Shown piece by piece: positions 61,298 through 64,000 of a DNA stretch of 64,000 nucleotides. The notes beneath the pieces are model-generated. The model was not told where the DNA came from. It saw only the letters and a program-made list of their open reading frames with translations, and did not search any database. Within the stretch, counting starts at the first letter, position 1, and each line of letters opens with the position of its first letter. Origin of the DNA: Guillardia theta CCMP2712 (lineage: Eukaryota; Protista; Cryptophyta); assembly GCF_000315625.1 (NCBI RefSeq), contig NW_005434500.1, positions 33,793 to 97,792 on the forward strand, in the 5' to 3' direction. The position numbers and the translations under genes are program-made.

Positions 61298-64000
61298 GTG
61301 CTGGACTTGACCCGGAAGAAGCAATAAGGCAGGCTGGGAGAGCTTTGCTAAGGCATGGAGAAAATTACCCCAAGTAGGCTATTACTACCTAACAAGTATC
61401 TTACCTGTTCCAGATACCGAAGGCATCTCCCTGCACCTACCCATTCGACTCTGGCCATTCCCAAAGCAACGGGAACAGGCAGAAGAAATCCTTGCACGAT
61501 ATCTGCAAGTGAACGTCACAGTCATCTGGGCAAAACTCGGTCAAGAGCAGGCAGGAACAGGGAAGAGAAGAAGGCCAGCCAGAGAGGAAGGGAAGCCCTC
61601 AAACAAGAGAAGGAAAGGAAAAAGGGAGGCTAGCCCACACGAGCTCCTGCCACCCACGAAACTAGCCAGACCGGACCAAGGGAGAGAGGAAACAAATAGG
61701 AGGGCTCATACCCGGGAGATTTTGAGGGAGCTCCTCCAACATGACGCTACTTACTATGGAGACGACAAGAATCAGCGAGAAAGATTTTGCTACACTTCAG
61801 GGCGCATACCTTTCAAAGTTCATGGAGACATCGCTATCTTTGAGCCGCCCCACACAGGAGTAAACACAACCTCGGACCCACCAATAGAATGGGTGGAAGC
61901 GTCGCTGGACTCGGCTCCCTTCACATCTGCAACAAAGGAAGAAGAAGACGGGAATAACCGAAGAGAATGCAATCAAAGTATTCATCTGTTGCTGGAAATA
62001 GTCAATATGTTGGACGACGGCGAAACAGAAGCTACAGCATGGTGGCAACAACTCGAAGAGGTAGTATCAGAGGTTCGCCAAGAAACAACACAACCATTGG
62101 CATACGAGTTTTTACAACACCTAGCAGAGATCACAGATTGTGACATCAGTACATTTCGTAACTGGCCGACACTACACACACATCCCCAGGCTCTGAGCAA
62201 CAAGAGAGCAAAGGAACTGCAACGAGTGGTGGTTTGGATAGATAAACAACAGAGATTTCGCGAGCACATCCTGCAAAACACAATACATGTCATTCTGATA
62301 GGATGGAAGAATAACATTGATGAGATACCAGAAGGCTTCGAAATTATCAGCCGGATCCCGAAAGGCGCTCAGATAGCATACGCAGCAAACTTTTGGGGAA
62401 CAGGGAATCGTTGCCTGATGAAAACGTTAGAGGAGCTATGGATACTCGTCAAGCACACATTCCCAACATACCTCAGAGCTCAGCTTCATGACAACATCCT
62501 CCCAACGTATGAGGAGATGTGTAACCAACGAAGGGGTCAGATCCAGCCGCGCAGCGATCACCAAGGCGGAAGGCATTTCACAGCAGCTATTGAAGGAGAC
62601 GTCACACAGAGCAGAAAAAATAGAACCATGCGAATAGGGTATGTTCTCCAGCAACAAGCGACGGCAGCAGGAGGAGGGATAAAAATCAATGGGAAATGCA
62701 GCATCATTCGAGCGAATACAATTGCAATTGGCTTACTGTTCCAACATATCCTCGAGGAAGGGATACAAATCAAGAGGGGAAATCAAGTCACAATCATGTA
62801 TCAGTCCACCCGCTTTCACCGCTTCATCACGAATACATTACGCATTGATACCATGCGATACGAAGATGAACTGCTGGAGGACCTACATGATCGATTACTC
62901 ACTTGCATGAAGAAACTCGAGGGGAGAGGAATCAAGATCCGACTTCAATTAGCAAAAGAATCTGACCGACACATCCAACAGGCAAAGGAGATGGCCAAAC
63001 AAGCAAAACAAACATTTGCCTCGGGATGGGAGAAAGCGATTTATGACAGCGCAATGGAGTTCACCATCGCAGGAGAAGACAGTCCTACATCAGGAATGGA
63101 TAGATTGAAGAAGTGGGACTATATAATTCGACAACAGGCAATGACTGCGAGGATTCGAGCGGGAGACCTCACCTTGACGGAGAAATTCATGCTTGAAGTA
63201 CATGTGGGCAGAAACCTACTCGCGAAGGCGTTTAGAGTATGCCAAGGTTCATTCACACGAACAGCAATTCAAGCAATCACCTTCTCAGTACCGACGAGGA
63301 AGAAGCTCTTTCAATGGGGGAAGACTAACTCACCATGCTGCCCCCACTGTCCAGACCGAGAAGAAACCTGGGGGCATATTCAGCTGGCATGTCGGCAGTT
63401 TCAAGCAATGATCCAACAAGCACACAATCAAGTCATGAAGAAGATCAAGGTAAGACTGCAGCAGAGTTGGAGGAAACAAAGGGTACAGGTCAATTCATGG
63501 TGGGAAACTCCAATGCGCATCGTGATGGAAGCGATGGGGACTTCAATGCACCAAGAAGGACAATGGATACCAGACGGTTGCTGCTACTTTACAAACATCA
63601 AACGCATCGTCATCATTGAATTCGCAAGGACATCGGAATATGACGGAGTCGAACAAACAAGCCTGGAATGCCTGAAGAAGAAATTTCAGGAAAAAGAAGA
63701 GAAATATGCCGCTCTACGAGCAGAAATCACAGCTCTGCTCCCTGACCATGATGTTGAACAAGCGACATTCATAGCAGGAGTGAAAGGATCGATCATGGAG
63801 AAGGAATGGCATGAGAATTTCAGGAGGCTAAGGGTGGATGACACGGAATGGGAAAGCATCAAGACAGCAGCAATCAAGCAACTGCTGGAGGTGCAACACA
63901 TGCTATGGACGGCAAGAAGGGGAAGCGAGTCGACCTAGTCCGATGGGGGCAGGTGAGGGGGCAGGCGCGGCACAGGGGCAAGCCACCTATGGTACGTAGG
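61298..64000 (+). mobile_element. 5'-truncated RLE-type non-LTR retrotransposon (degenerate RNase H-like fold, CCHC knuckle, restriction-like endonuclease; RT absent from the window)
   Basis: The frame is open 61311-63938 with no 5' ATG context. It has CPHC...ETWGHIQLAC, AHNQV, WIPDG...IVIIEF...KEEKY...FIAGVKG (the R2/NeSL/Dualen-type C-terminus). No YADD-type RT motif is visible. Confidence 0.88.

Noticed and set aside
61311-63938. Complete autonomous retrotransposon ORF
   Set aside because: No RT motifs are present and the frame begins at the junction, consistent with 5' truncation.

Overview
This is eukaryotic nuclear DNA, not prokaryotic. It has many short (~40-60 nt) GT-AG introns, micro/minisatellites, two N gaps and TTTAGGG telomeric repeats. 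The style resembles a cryptophyte alga such as Guillardia theta (inference only). Positions 1-55.9 kb are gene-dense. Recognisable products are DPY30, an EDR2_C/DUF1336 protein, a MAPEG protein, a GT61-type glycosyltransferase with Fn3-associated and F5/8C modules, tRNA-Leu(CAA), tRNA-Thr(UGU), an N2227/CARNMT1-like methyltransferase, a dynein-light-chain-domain protein, a ubiquitin-like fusion, a frameshifted Crinkler-type NTPase+REase pseudogene, an intronless receptor tyrosine-kinase-like probable pseudokinase, an RRM-C2-TPR gene and an O-fucosyltransferase-like gene. The most interesting part is 55.96-64 kb, a head-to-tail array of non-LTR retroelement copies separated by TTTAGGG tracts. 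The two copies with their 3' ends end in AATAAACTCACA(TAA)n fused to TAGGGTT. The element encodes only an RRM-like ORF1/Gag-type protein with no RT, and carries a variable 76-bp 3' repeat with a GCAA-tetraloop hairpin. A sister 3' fragment has a clean 11-bp TSD. The third copy is joined to an RT-less piece of a LINE with an RNase H-like fold, a CCHC knuckle and a restriction-like endonuclease. This looks like a telomere-targeted two-partner retrotransposon system. Exon boundaries were read by eye, so multi-exon gene limits are approximate.
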